The notes under the pieces: generated by a model
Told to the model about the DNA's origin: nothing
Databases searched by the model: none
Seen by the model: only the letters and a program-made list of their open reading frames with translations
Part shown: piece by piece, positions 9,121-19,653 of the stretch
Layout: each line of letters opens with the position of its first letter
How positions within the stretch are numbered: the stretch's first letter is position 1
Assembly: GCA_964618805.1 (NCBI GenBank)
Contig: CAZUBM010000015.1
Location: 1-48,206 of the forward strand
Source: an uncultured Nitrososphaerota archaeon
GTDB taxonomy: Archaea; Korarchaeota; Korarchaeia; Korarchaeales; Korarchaeaceae
Length of the DNA stretch: 48,206 nt
Reading direction: 5' to 3'
Program-made: the position numbers and the translations under genes

Positions 9121-10308
9121 TTAAACTTTCTCTCCTAGGCAAAGAGTGCTCGTCGTTGTAATCGTTTGCTTAACCAGAATTCTTCTCTCCCTGAGTTTCC
9201 TCATTAACTTATAGAAGAGGTCTCCCCTTATCACCCTTACGGGCCGAACTAGGCCTTTCTCCTTTATTTCTCCCCTAGCTAGCATTCTGGCAATTATGGC
9301 TCCTGTGTAACCAGTTGTCCTCGCCATAGACGTGACTCCCTTTTCTTCGTCGTAATAGTCAACCATGCCAAACCTATGACGGGTCTTCTTGCCATTTTTG
9401 ATACCCTCTACAATCACCCTGAGAACGGTGATGTCCTTCTCCCCCTCTTCAAGCCGCACCTTAGGGTAGATTATCTTGCTGAATACTTCAAAGGGTACTA
9501 TCTCCCCACCTTCGAACTCGATGGGCTCCCTACTTAGCAGACTACATTCCTCCAAAAACCTCACTTTCTCACAGTATCCTGGATACCTCACGGTCTTTTC
9601 ACTACATCTCTTGGCATCTCTGAACTTCTCGATCTCATAGAGGGTTTCTGGAAAGCCGTCGTAAAAACACTCGAGTGTCCGGCCTATCCCCTCAAATTCA
9701 ATAAAACCAGCATGAGTGTAGCGTCTCACTTCCTTTATCTCTCCATTCTCTATCACCTTCACCATCCCAGGGTGTAGAGGCAGATACTTCCCTCCAAACA
9801 CGATCTTTTAGTCAAGAGGCGGTTTTGGGTCTTGAGGTATGCCTCCACAACAGATATCAATAGCCTCAACTCTATCAAGCATGTCCATGCCATAGGCTGC
9901 AAGTATGTCCGTCAGACCTGGCTCCACTCCACATCCTGGCATGATGGTCACTTCAGCCCTCTTAGCAGCCTCATCAATCGAATTCCAATCCTTCTTGGAG
10001 GGACCCGATAGATCTACAGCGCTTACTCTTGCCTCGATTGCGTCCCAAATCGCTTCGACATTTAGCCATCTAGGGAGGGCTATGCAAACGACATCATAAC
10101 CCTCAAGCGTGGCAACCATCCTTTGTCTATCTCTGACGTCACCAAACTTAATCCTCAACTTCTCAAGGTTGCCAAGCTTCACAGCGGCTGCATTAAGCCT
10201 TTTCTTATCGATGTCTACGAGGAGAACTTCCTCAACCTCCCTGCACTCTATGCAGTCCCCCGCCATCGCAGGACCCATGAGACCAGCTCCTAAGACGACA
10301 ATCCTCAA
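9121..10308 (-). pseudogene. Saccharopine/lysine 6-dehydrogenase family, interrupted by one in-frame TAA
   Basis: GAGLMG, GCGVEPGL, KTVRYPG, SMARTTGY; reads PKPPLD*KIVFGG in frame (stop 9808-9810 at an expected Tyr). TTG start at 10308 with AGGAGA upstream. Confidence 0.88.
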
Positions 10309-10430
10309 ATTGATTCTCCTACAGCTTCTACTGTCCAAATTATAAATTGGTAATACTGGCAGATCCTATCTCCACCAAAAAGAATAACTTGTAAAACGAT
10401 GAGGCAGGCTTAGGTTTTCCATGTCTTTCG

Positions 10431-10450
10431 AGTTGTAGACTTCTACAACT
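10431..10450. promoter_or_regulatory. Perfect 9-bp inverted repeat AGTTGTAGA-CT-TCTACAACT, candidate operator
   Basis: Seen directly; about 120 bp upstream of the dehydrogenase start. Confidence 0.35.
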
Positions 10451-10600
10451 ACAATTTCAAAGAAGGGCTATATTTTGTTCCTAAGATTCATTTCTCTTCT
10501 ATAGCAGTCATTAGAAATGTTTGTAAAGGCCTATAAATGGCATATGGAACACTTTGACTTGAAGAGCGTTAAATTTTAGGAGATAATTGTTCACTACGCA

Positions 10601-10765
10601 CTAATCTAGGCTCTTCCCATTTTCCTTAATCGTGATTATGCTCAAGACAGCAGGATTCGTCTTCCTTGCCTTCAAGATCCTATTTCTTATCACAAGAACC
10701 CCGAAAAGCGCCATAATGATTACTAAAAAAGCTAAAAACCCTATTTTTGGAGAGGAACCACCCAT
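10601..10765 (-). CDS. Small single-TM protein or remnant (54 aa)
   Basis: Manual translation MGGSSPKIGFLAFLVIIMALFGVLVIRNRILKARK... Confidence 0.3.
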   Translation of the reverse strand: MGGSSPKIGFLAFLVIIMALFGVLVIRNRILKARKTNPAVLSIITIKENGKSLD

Positions 10766-10879
10766 TAAATTCCCAAAGAGCTCCTTATACTAAAAAACAC
10801 TATTAATTTCCAACCGAAATTTTAAAGAGAACGTATCCTCTTTGGATTGCAAGTTAACAAAAAGGAATTCACCAAGCTA

Positions 10880-11545
10880 TCAGCCAGATCTCCTCCTTAA
10901 TCTTGAATCCCTCTTTTCGAACAAATAGTCTTCTATGGCTTCGCCGTGAGACGCCCCATAAAAGAGTCCCAGGCTTTTTACCCCCATTCCTAAGAACTTC
11001 CTTATTCCTTTTATTATGTGCCTGTCTCTATACTCAAGCAAAGCCTTTCCTATCTCATCATAAGGCCATTCAATGAGGTATTCCGCGTATTCTCTCTTGT
11101 TGAGGAGGCGTCCCAGCTCTTTCCTCCTATATCTATCTAGTACTATGTTTTTAGCCCTCTCAATGTCCTCCTGCTTTGGGAATCTTCTCCTGAACTCTTC
11201 CCACATCTCCTTCCAGCTTACATCCCAGTGAACCCAATTGTCTGCTGAATAGTCCATAACGTGGTGCACAAACCAAAGGTCTGATGGCCATGCTGCCCTC
11301 GGTTCATGCTTGTCCCAGAAATCGAACAGATCAATATAGACCTTTAATTCCTCGATTGGCTCGCATTTTTTGATCCTTTCATACATTACTTTCTCGCAAT
11401 TGTTCAAGATGTCCTGTAGAGACAGGAAATACTCTCTCCTCGCAATATGAACGTTTCCAGCAAAGATAACCGAGACATCATCCTTTGTATATGTTCTGAC
11501 AACAGTCTCAATGTTTCCTCCACTATAACGGATGAAACCGCCCAA
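10880..11545 (-). CDS. Hypothetical protein, possibly TraB/GumN-like fold
   Basis: FAGNVHI...VMYE, EYRD, LFYGASHG resemble the TraB/GumN H-E-R-H pattern. Confidence 0.5.
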   Translation of the reverse strand: MGGFIRYSGGNIETVVRTYTKDDVSVIFAGNVHIARREYFLSLQDILNNCEKVMYERIKKCEPIEELKVYIDLFDFWDKHEPRAAWPSDLWFVHHVMDYSADNWVHWDVSWKEMWEEFRRRFPKQEDIERAKNIVLDRYRRKELGRLLNKREYAEYLIEWPYDEIGKALLEYRDRHIIKGIRKFLGMGVKSLGLFYGASHGEAIEDYLFEKRDSRLRRRSG

Positions 11546-11778
11546 GGACCTTGCATTTTTATATTGGATTCTTCACGTTATTTATTCTTATTTTTTCGTA
11601 AAGAAAGCGTGTTTGAACTTGCTATCGACCTCAACACTTGCTCTCAGAAACTGTTTATTCCTTCTCTGTTTTCTTAGCTCCCTATGACATACCTAATAAT
11701 GGTCTCTAAGGGCTTTTTCCATGATTTAATGAACTTTATTAATTCGAAAAGGCTAAGATTATTCGGTGATTTCGAAAA

Positions 11779-12012
11779 ATGATCGAAAGCCGAGTTGGTT
11801 CGAAAGGGGAACTCTTCCCACCAAAGGAAATTAGAGAAAAGCTAGGTCTAAAGCCCCACACCAAGGTCATCTACAGGATAGAGGATGGAAAACTCATAGT
11901 TGAGCCAGTCCCAAGCATAGAAGAGGTTTTAGAAGAGCCTACGCCTGTTGAGATAACGCTCGAGGAGTTCCATGAGTCTAGGAAGAAACTATCCAAGAGG
12001 GCTGAATCATGA
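11779..12012 (+). CDS. vapB: AbrB/MazE/SpoVT-family antitoxin
   Basis: SRVGSKGELFPPKEIREKLGLKP; overlaps the PIN gene (ATGA). Confidence 0.9.
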   Translation: MIESRVGSKGELFPPKEIREKLGLKPHTKVIYRIEDGKLIVEPVPSIEEVLEEPTPVEITLEEFHESRKKLSKRAES

Positions 12013-12473
12013 AGTTGTTGCTTGATACGACTTATTTCCTTCCGATAATTGGTATTGGAGTCAAAAACATACCTAAAGCGGCCCTGGGAGAGCTACTGAA
12101 GAGAAACTACAACATCTTTGTAAGCGAAATAAGTATCTTCGAACTCTCTGCCAAAGGAGCAAAATACGTGGCAGAAGGAAAGATCCCTCCTGAGAGAGTA
12201 CTGAGAGGGATCAGAGCCATTTTATACGAAGATAAGGTGGTAAAGGTTCCGATACATGAGAGCAGAAGCCTTCTCACCTCTTTCAAGCTTAGGAGAATGC
12301 TCCCAGATTTCATAGATTGCATTATACTATCGTCTGCGATAGTCAATTGCGATGTTTTGATAACAGAGGACGAAGATATCCATAGATTGAAGCAGAATAA
12401 AGGATTTAACGAGCTTCTAACCGTAACAAAGCCAGATTTTAAGATAGTAAGGGTAACTGATGTATTGTCATGA
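12009..12473 (+). CDS. vapC: PIN-domain toxin
   Basis: LLLDTTY, SIFE, DFIDCII, LITEDED acidic PIN residues. Confidence 0.9.
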   Translation: MKLLLDTTYFLPIIGIGVKNIPKAALGELLKRNYNIFVSEISIFELSAKGAKYVAEGKIPPERVLRGIRAILYEDKVVKVPIHESRSLLTSFKLRRMLPDFIDCIILSSAIVNCDVLITEDEDIHRLKQNKGFNELLTVTKPDFKIVRVTDVLS

Positions 12474-12990
12474 CGTGAAATCGTTCTTTCACGCAACATA
12501 GCCTAATCAACTTCTTTGTGTTTTCCATTAGTATTTTTCTGGAATGAAGGCCCCCATTTCTCTTCGGGGGATGTGTTAGCTGATTATCAGTATTATATTC
12601 AAGGATCATGATCTGAATGTATATTCTTGGAAGAACTGAACCATAAGAAAATGTCCAATTTAGATAAAGGAATTCTCCTGGCTTAAGGTGCTTTGGTAGA
12701 CCAGTTCCTCCAGCACCAAACGGTTTTCTTACCAACAACCAAGCGTTGCCGAATCTCTTTTCTCTCATGCGTAATCCAGGATATTGCTCTTTTTCTTCTT
12801 CTGCTGTAACGCTAAGATAGGTAGTCATATCTCTGATAGGTATTGGGTATTGAGATATCGCAACATTCTTTACTTCTACAATTACTTCTACAATCACAGT
12901 GATCTAATAAATTCGTTGTTTAGAATTCACACTATCAATTAGTACCTCCCCCACAGTTAAGAAAAACATCAGAAAAAGTAGTATGCACAT
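12439..12990 (-). pseudogene. Secreted hypothetical protein with in-frame TAG after its signal peptide
   Basis: MCILLFLMFFLTVGEVL...QRIY*ITVIVEV is in frame with ORF 12439-12897; TAG at 12904-12906. Confidence 0.4.
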
Positions 12991-13211
12991 CAGAAAACAA
13001 GGAGATATAACTCAAGGGGTGTAAGCGAGATCTCAAGAATGTGTGCAGGTTTGTATGACAAGTCTCTGCGAATTAAATTTGACTCATATGCTGTTTGTTA
13101 AGCTAGTTAGTTAAAAAACCCACTTAAGGCCTCTCTGTTTCAAGTTTTATAATCATAATATAAAGAATCCAATTATTAAGCTCAAGCAACTATGGTCACG
13201 TGGTCCCATTT

Positions 13212-13553
13212 CTATATTTCGAGAAATGAGGATATTACTTTAACAGTAATTTCAGCCATGATAGGAATCTCGATAGGAGGTAGTTTTCCCTTAAGTAGCA
13301 TGTAAATTATCAATCCTATAGCCATTAAGAAGTATATTACCTCTAATAGTAGCTTTAAACCTCCTAACGCTTCTCGAAAGCTCATTTTATTATAATTTGC
13401 GTAAATTTTCACGCAAACTAAGGGAATAAAGACTATTCCATACAAAAGAACAAACAAAGGGGCGGAAGCGATCCAATAAACAAAACAACCTCCTAGGATT
13501 AAAAGCCCCACAATAATAATTGATTTCCATGGTAGTGAAGGCAGTTTTATCAT
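13212..13553 (-). CDS. Small multi-TM hypothetical protein
   Basis: Three to four hydrophobic segments; 6 bp downstream of the 255-aa gene. Confidence 0.65.
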   Translation of the reverse strand: MIKLPSLPWKSIIIVGLLILGGCFVYWIASAPLFVLLYGIVFIPLVCVKIYANYNKMSFREALGGLKLLLEVIYFLMAIGLIIYMLLKGKLPPIEIPIMAEITVKVISSFLEI

Positions 13554-13559
13554 TTTTGG

Positions 13560-14327
13560 TTATTCCCATAAATCTCTTTTCTTAAGGTGTCCTCGAAAGC
13601 CTAAGCCTAATATGAGAAATGCAATTGCTACAAGAATGAGTTTATACTCCCATAATCGTGTAAGAGGAAGAAATATCGGTGCCGGTTTTGTTGCTGGTAA
13701 AGGTGGTTGAGAGGTAATAGGTGGAACGGATTGTAATATGTAAGTCACCTTAATGTTTTCATTTAAGGGTTCGCTTGGAAATTCGTAAACTAAATGAACT
13801 TTGCCCTCTTCAACGTATTGGTGAGTGGGTTCCTTACTCATATTTAGAACCTTTGATTCATTTGGTAGAATTATCTCCACTCTACGGTAAAGGTAATACT
13901 TGAAGTCGAAGTTATACTGAGATGCCGGAAGTAATATGCAAGTATCGAACTCCCATTTGTTCTCATCAAGTTGTTTGCAGCAACCATCACGTCTTAGCAC
14001 TAGTTCTATTCTTTTTCCTGTGAGCACCGTGAAATTCTCCCAACAAACCTTCTCCAGTTTACCAACCAGCTTCCAGTAGTGCTCAATGTTTAATTTCCTT
14101 TGAGGATCGTTATATATTTCAGACAGATTCCCACTTATCTCATAGTATTTTTCTAAATCAGAGAATTCAGCTTGAATATATGTTATCACAGTCCCATTCT
14201 TTAATATAATAGATCTGTAGCTCGCATTTGCTATTGGCCATGGCTGACCTGAACATTTTAGAGTGTTATTTGTAGATAAAATAATTATCATCAACGTAAT
14301 ACAATAGATAAATTCCTTTCGCTTCAT
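13560..14327 (-). CDS. Cell-surface protein with signal peptide, Pro/Thr linker and C-terminal TM anchor
   Basis: MKRKEFIYCITLMIIILS N-terminus; VEIILP beta-domain motif; PPITSQPPLPATKP linker; C-terminal TM plus KKR. Confidence 0.7.
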   Translation of the reverse strand: MKRKEFIYCITLMIIILSTNNTLKCSGQPWPIANASYRSIILKNGTVITYIQAEFSDLEKYYEISGNLSEIYNDPQRKLNIEHYWKLVGKLEKVCWENFTVLTGKRIELVLRRDGCCKQLDENKWEFDTCILLPASQYNFDFKYYLYRRVEIILPNESKVLNMSKEPTHQYVEEGKVHLVYEFPSEPLNENIKVTYILQSVPPITSQPPLPATKPAPIFLPLTRLWEYKLILVAIAFLILGLGFRGHLKKRDLWE

Positions 14328-14527
14328 TTCGAGAGATCAAAATCTCATCTAACCTTAAAACAATAAAACTTTGATGAGTTATTTTCCTTTGAAAACCATC
14401 TAGAGTTATTATACCTATGCATTATTATTCAATTAAAAGTTTGAGTATAAGGTCCAGAAAATAAGTTATCTTGTTCTTGTTGATCCTTAAGACTTTAACA
14501 ACAAAAAATCTTTCCTTTTTTTGGTTT

Positions 14528-14944
14528 GTGAAGTTCTCCTTCTTGGCGCGCGCGCTCTTTGCACTCCCTCCTCTGTTATATCAAGCGATGATAGAACACG
14601 AACCCGTATTTCCAATTCTTATTTTGCTCACACTTTTCCTTAATGTGGTATACATCATTTCCATATTTGGGCTTATTACACTAAATGATTAGGGAAGGAA
14701 ACTAACTATCTTTGCATTATGGCTAGATTTCTTCCTGCCAATAGGACTTTTGTTTGTTTACTCTATGTATATAGTTACGAGATCTCCAACCCCTGGATAT
14801 CCTGATTTCTATACTGTGTTCAATACAATGGCGCAGAACCTTAGCATTTATGAGAAATTAATGCCACCAGCCGTCCTTGCCATAATCTTAACCGCTTTTT
14901 TAATGATACCATCTGTAAAGAGGCGTTTCGTCCAAAAAAATTGA
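14528..14944 (+). pseudogene. Membrane protein remnant with in-frame TAG
   Basis: GLITLND*GRKLTI (TAG 14690-14692 where Trp is expected) joins ORFs 14471-14692 and 14750-14944 in one frame. Confidence 0.55.
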
Positions 14945-15042
14945 ATTCCCAACGAGACTGGGCACATTTTTATTCTATTCCTAAGAAAGTTATGAAGAAC
15001 TTGAAATTTGCCAAAAGACCCACGCTACATTGTAATCGATCG

Positions 15043-15351
15043 TTTATTTGGTCTTTCTGAAGGAACATTGAATATCAGCTAACACCCATAGAGTTTAATG
15101 GCTCCTTGGCCGACCTTTTTGAGAGATAACACACAATCTAAAAGGTTTTAGGCAAAATTAATGGGAAGAGGCACCAACTCTTCGTTCAGCCTGTAAGCTA
15201 ATTCAAAGATTATAATGTTATCTTTAGCGCGCGCTTTCTCTTTAAATCAGAAATCGTAGAAACATTGTTGGATCTATTAGCAAAATTAGCTAGAACGATC
15301 AGGAATAATAAAGCTATAGACATGATAAGCAATCGTGTTTTAAACGCCATT
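15043..15351 (-). pseudogene. Remnant of a signal-peptide-bearing protein
   Basis: MAFKTRLLIMSIALLFLIVLANFA...; frame breaks at the (GC)4 tract 15227-15234. Confidence 0.35.
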
Positions 15352-15402
15352 CGCGTAGAAAAAGATAAATCTCATTAAAAATCTTATTTCCATTAGAAGG
15401 GC

Positions 15403-16253
15403 TTAGAACCTGTTGTAGCTCACTATCTCCTGTAAGGACTTCTTCCACCTAGCATCCGGTTTTTCTGCTGGGTATCCGAAGGTCACCAAGGCTACGACCT
15501 TCCATCCATTAGGTATGCCTAGGAGCTCCTTTACCTCTCCCTCACTAAAGTCTCCAATCCAACAGGATCCAATTCCAAGGGCCCACGCAGCAATGACCAT
15601 GTTTTGAAGGGCAATTGTGGTATCTACTATGGTGCGCGCAAATTGTGCGTTTGAGAAGTCAGCTATCGTGAATTTAGCTCTAGAAAAGATAGATTCCCCC
15701 AAGAACTTGGGTTGGGAAAATGAGGTTGTTCCAAGGAAAAGGGCATCTGCAAATATAGCTTCCTCTTCAAAGATTGTGCCAGAAAAAACGGTTTTTCCCC
15801 TTTAAAAGAAGCATTTGGGAACATAGCCCTCTAAACTTGGCTCCAGAGAATAAGGCCTTATCCTCAAATTCAGCCTTGGAAAAAGTTGCTCTGCCGCTAA
15901 ACTTCACCCTCGTGAAAGAGACAGGTCCCAGAAACTTAGCTCTTGAGAAGCTAGCCCCTTTAAAAAAGGTAGAGCCAGCGAAGGAGGTGCCTCCATGGAA
16001 AGTAGCCTTGCGAAAAGTCGCAGCCCTCCTGAACTTGAGGCCTCCCATGTTTATGCTAGGGAAGTGGCACCCATCGAAGTCAAGGTCCTCCTTCTCCAGC
16101 TTCTCATGGATTAACCTCCTAGCCTCCTCTGGCATCTCCACCATAAAATTGGATCGTGAAGAACGCAAAAGTTGTTGGGGGAGTCGGATGTGCCAGCTCT
16201 TTGCATCTTCCAGAGGAGCCTACGTAGCAACATAGCCCATCTTTAACCGTCAT
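15403..16253 (-). pseudogene. Chimera: frameshifted pentapeptide-repeat protein fused to a nitroreductase C-terminal half
   Basis: C..C..FCVLH N-terminus, xxxF repeats (ATFRKATF, ASFSRAKF), then IVDTTIALQNMVIAAWALGIGSCWIG...GYPAE. Confidence 0.85.
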
Positions 16254-16917
16254 CGATGCCCGGGGTATTCAAAAAGGGCTAGCTTTTAATAATGAGCTTC
16301 AAATCATTGAGCACTTGATTTGGTGATAGCGCTTTTCCCTTTAAGTCCAGGTATCTAACCCTTCTGCGAAAATAATTGCACCAAGATACTCATTTAATGA
16401 GTGCTTGTATAATTTCTTGTAGTCTAAAAAAGATTGAGGTTGTTTTACGATAGGATCTTGGTCAGATTGGATAGAAAACATAGTTTTCATCTGTAGTAGA
16501 ATCTGTTTCAATCTTCTCCTAAAACCTCGGAAATTTAGACGATCTTCTCACTTTCCAGAGATTTATTTTCACCTCTTTCAAAGTGGATGTATGAATGTCA
16601 GTAGGTTGCCAGGGTAAGAGAGATCATTTAGTTTTAAATGTCTGGTATATTACGAATACTTTACTGCCCTTTGTTTGCTTTTGCAGCTTTCATTATCTTC
16701 TTTGCCAACTCCTTCTTACTCCTAGCAGCCCGTCCTAATAGAAACGAGTAGGTTATTTCTTTACCTCCTATCTCTACGCGTGCTAAGTAATTGACTTCTT
16801 ATTGAAAATTATCACAAGTACCCGATGCCATTAAGGTGACGGATTATTTGAGGCCAGCTACTTTCTTCCTCTATAAACTGGTTTCCCACGAAAACCATAG
16901 ATATGATGCTATTCGAT

Positions 16918-17922
16918 TTAGAATCGAATGGTTTTCATGTCAAAGTGCTCCATATGCCATTTAGCAGCTTTTCTAAACGCTTCTATACCCCTCTCTTTGG
17001 GCTCACTTGCGAATTTATCCAAAATTGATTTCAACTTCGTTCTAAGCGTTTCTGGAAACACGTATCTTTTGTTGTACAAAACCCTCTGACCGTTTGTGAT
17101 AACGATGAAACAGCTGGGCATTGCAAGCAGACGATGCATTAGCCAGTAGCTAGACATCGGATTAACTTCCTTAGGACGAAGTGCTGGAATGAAACCTTCT
17201 GCTCTGAAAGGGTTCACTGGATCATCCTCAATTAATATGTAGTGCGCTAGAATTGGTCCATATGGGGTTTCTGACAAAACTGGTTCCCATTTGCACCGCA
17301 TTGCTGGAGACAATCCTTTCGGAAAATGGCTCGGAAGTGCAGGCCTGAAGACAGCTACGCCCAATTGCAAACCATCACGAACTATTTGAATTGACCGCTC
17401 GTGTCGGAGGTTTTCGATGATGATTGGATACAAGGTTGAAGCTCCCTCAGACCATGGAGGATAGTGAAAGAGGTGCCTCCACCTTTCCCAGTGATCTTTC
17501 CTTTGTCTTGCCTCGAAGTGATTGGGATCGAGCGAGAGAACTCTGTCAATTATCTCTTCAGCAGTCTTGAACTGCGCAGCTAGGCAAAGTGCTGCCGACT
17601 TGGCTACCATGAGATCAAGATCAGAGGATGCTTTCTCAAGAGCCTTATCAATTGCCGAAACCAAGCGCATAGCTCCAATAGAATCACAAGTTACCATGGA
17701 AACTCCTCCAGACACAAATAGCTCAACAACTTCGTCGGCCAGAGCCGAGGCTTCATCGATTTCCCTGCGTGCAGGATGATTTGGATCGACTAAACCCAAA
17801 ACTCTTGCGCGAGCGCTATATTTTGACTTCAACTCCGCATAGGTTTCCTCTGAAATCCTGCCTTCCCTAAATGCTCTCTCTAATTTCCTGAGCCTTTCAT
17901 CGGATTGTTCTTCTTCGGTCAC
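16918..17922 (-). CDS. Hypothetical protein with SHOCT-like N-terminus, TPR and unknown C-terminal domain
   Basis: LRKLERAFREGRISEETYAELK; A...IDRVLSLDPNHFEA TPR end. Confidence 0.7.
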   Translation of the reverse strand: MTEEEQSDERLRKLERAFREGRISEETYAELKSKYSARARVLGLVDPNHPARREIDEASALADEVVELFVSGGVSMVTCDSIGAMRLVSAIDKALEKASSDLDLMVAKSAALCLAAQFKTAEEIIDRVLSLDPNHFEARQRKDHWERWRHLFHYPPWSEGASTLYPIIIENLRHERSIQIVRDGLQLGVAVFRPALPSHFPKGLSPAMRCKWEPVLSETPYGPILAHYILIEDDPVNPFRAEGFIPALRPKEVNPMSSYWLMHRLLAMPSCFIVITNGQRVLYNKRYVFPETLRTKLKSILDKFASEPKERGIEAFRKAAKWHMEHFDMKTIRF

Positions 17923-18360
17923 GATAAATCTTGCAGTTTGAAAGTATTAAAGATGATTATTTGACCTTTCTCCTAAGAAATTTTCTATCTTGGCTTTGTT
18001 GCGTGGATTTAACAAAGAATATGAAATAGAAGAGAAAAGGTTAAGGTTAATTTACCAAAGAGGTCCTCCTATGAGACTTATTGAAGTTGTCAAACTTGCG
18101 AAATGTAGCTTGCTGAAACAAGTGAGATGGCCTAAACTGAAACTGAGAGATTGCTAAAACCCTTGTTAGGGCAGATAGGATCATCATATCAGTTAGTTCA
18201 TCCTTTTTGCCTTCCTATCAGCACCTTGATATAAATTAACTAATACGAATTTGGAAAGGTTCAGAACAAGTCTCCTAGGGATCATAGATGCATACCGATT
18301 GTTAAAGGCTAAAGGAAGCCGTCCTAACATTAAGGTTCAAATTCCAAGGAACTCATTTTG

Positions 18361-18726
18361 TCAAACTACCTCAGCCTTTTCCCTCCCTAGGGCAACGAAG
18401 AATGCAACTATTAACCTGTCCTTTCTAGTGTTCCTGATGCCATGTACCGTCTTTGGAGGTATGTAGACGGCTGTATTAGCTTCAACTTTTATCGGCTTCT
18501 TCTCCTCCCCTAAATACACCGTTCCCTCTCCTTTGACCACAAAGTACACCTCTTAGGACTCTGGATGTATGTGAACTCTCAACCCCTCTCCCGGGGTGAA
18601 ATATCCCACAGCAAACCTCAGGTTTTTAGTGTTTGCGGTTTCTGAGTTGAACATCACCTTGATGGGAACTCCAAGAATCTTTTTCGTCTCACCATCTCTA
18701 AGCCTCAAAATCTTGACTGAAGACAT
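18361..18726 (-). pseudogene. Cupin-domain protein with one in-frame TAA
   Basis: FTPGEGLRVHIHPES*EVYFVVKGEG...IPPKTVHGIRN; TAA at 18553-18555. Confidence 0.85.
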
Positions 18727-18855
18727 GGACATCCCTAGATCAAATGTCGGATAAAATTAAAGTCAAATATGCTATAGCCGAGAACCCCATCAACCTTGCT
18801 CAGACATTAAAGATAGGCTTAAATGGACTCTTTTATATCAGACAGGAGGAGCAAG

Positions 18856-19428
18856 ATGATGGAGTTTTCAACTCTCACAACAGACGTGCTCATAATAGGC
18901 TCTGGTGGAGCAAGTCTGAGAGCAGCGATTAAGGCAAAGAGACATGGAACAAGCGTTATTGTGGTTACAAATGGAAAATTAGGTAAATGAAGCTGTACCT
19001 CAATTGATAATGGTATCTTTAGAGTGTCTAGAGAGGATAATGAAGGTTCTAAGCACTATCAGGAGACTTTAGAAGCAGGGAAGTTCCTAAACAACAGAGA
19101 ACTGGTCAGAGTTCTCGTTAACAATGCATGGCACTTACTCATTAACATCTCAATAGGTTGGTACGCAATAAGGAAGGCACTCAAGGAAGGTAGCCGTCGA
19201 AGGATTATGCAGATTTCATCCTTGTTTGGCTTGTTCTGGGGTTTTTGTTCGATCATTTGCGCGCGCTTTACTTGCTCTTTATGCCATTCTCACCATCTTA
19301 TTCTATACTGTGAGTCTTTCACTGGGATTATGATACCTACAAATATTATCGTTTATCTAATCACGACGTCCCTTGGGTTTCTCCTGTTTGTCTATGGGAT
19401 AGTTAAAGCTTTAGCGGATAGAGCATAA
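18856..19428 (+). pseudogene. Chimera: SdhA/NadB-type FAD-binding N-terminus fused to a membrane-protein remnant
   Basis: TDVLIIGSGGASLRAA...GKLGK*SCT (TGA 18988-18990), HYQETLEAGKFLNNRELV; switches to hydrophobic sequence near 19130. Confidence 0.8.
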
Positions 19429-19653
19429 AATCGCCTCCAAAAAAGGCTTTTAACTGTGTCATTCGAGCGAATCTCCTTAAGCTATTCGTATGCTTCGCAT
19501 TAAATAGAGTTCGAACGGTATGTCGTTTCTCTCTTACACGGGTACCTTGGACCTATATTAGTAGCAACATCGAAACTATGTGGAAAGTACTCATAGTACA
19601 TCGTATTTGAAGATCGTGAAAGTAGGTGACAAAGAAAGCAAGTTATGACGTTG

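Noticed and set aside
15227-15378. Plus-strand ORF remnant starting at the (GC)4 tract (RFLFKSEIVETLL...)
   Set aside because: The minus strand gives a more convincing signal-peptide ORF across the same bases; the plus frame is probably its antisense shadow.
15617-16235. Plus-strand ORFs 15617-15805 and 15774-16235
   Set aside because: Antisense shadows of the pentapeptide-repeat gene.
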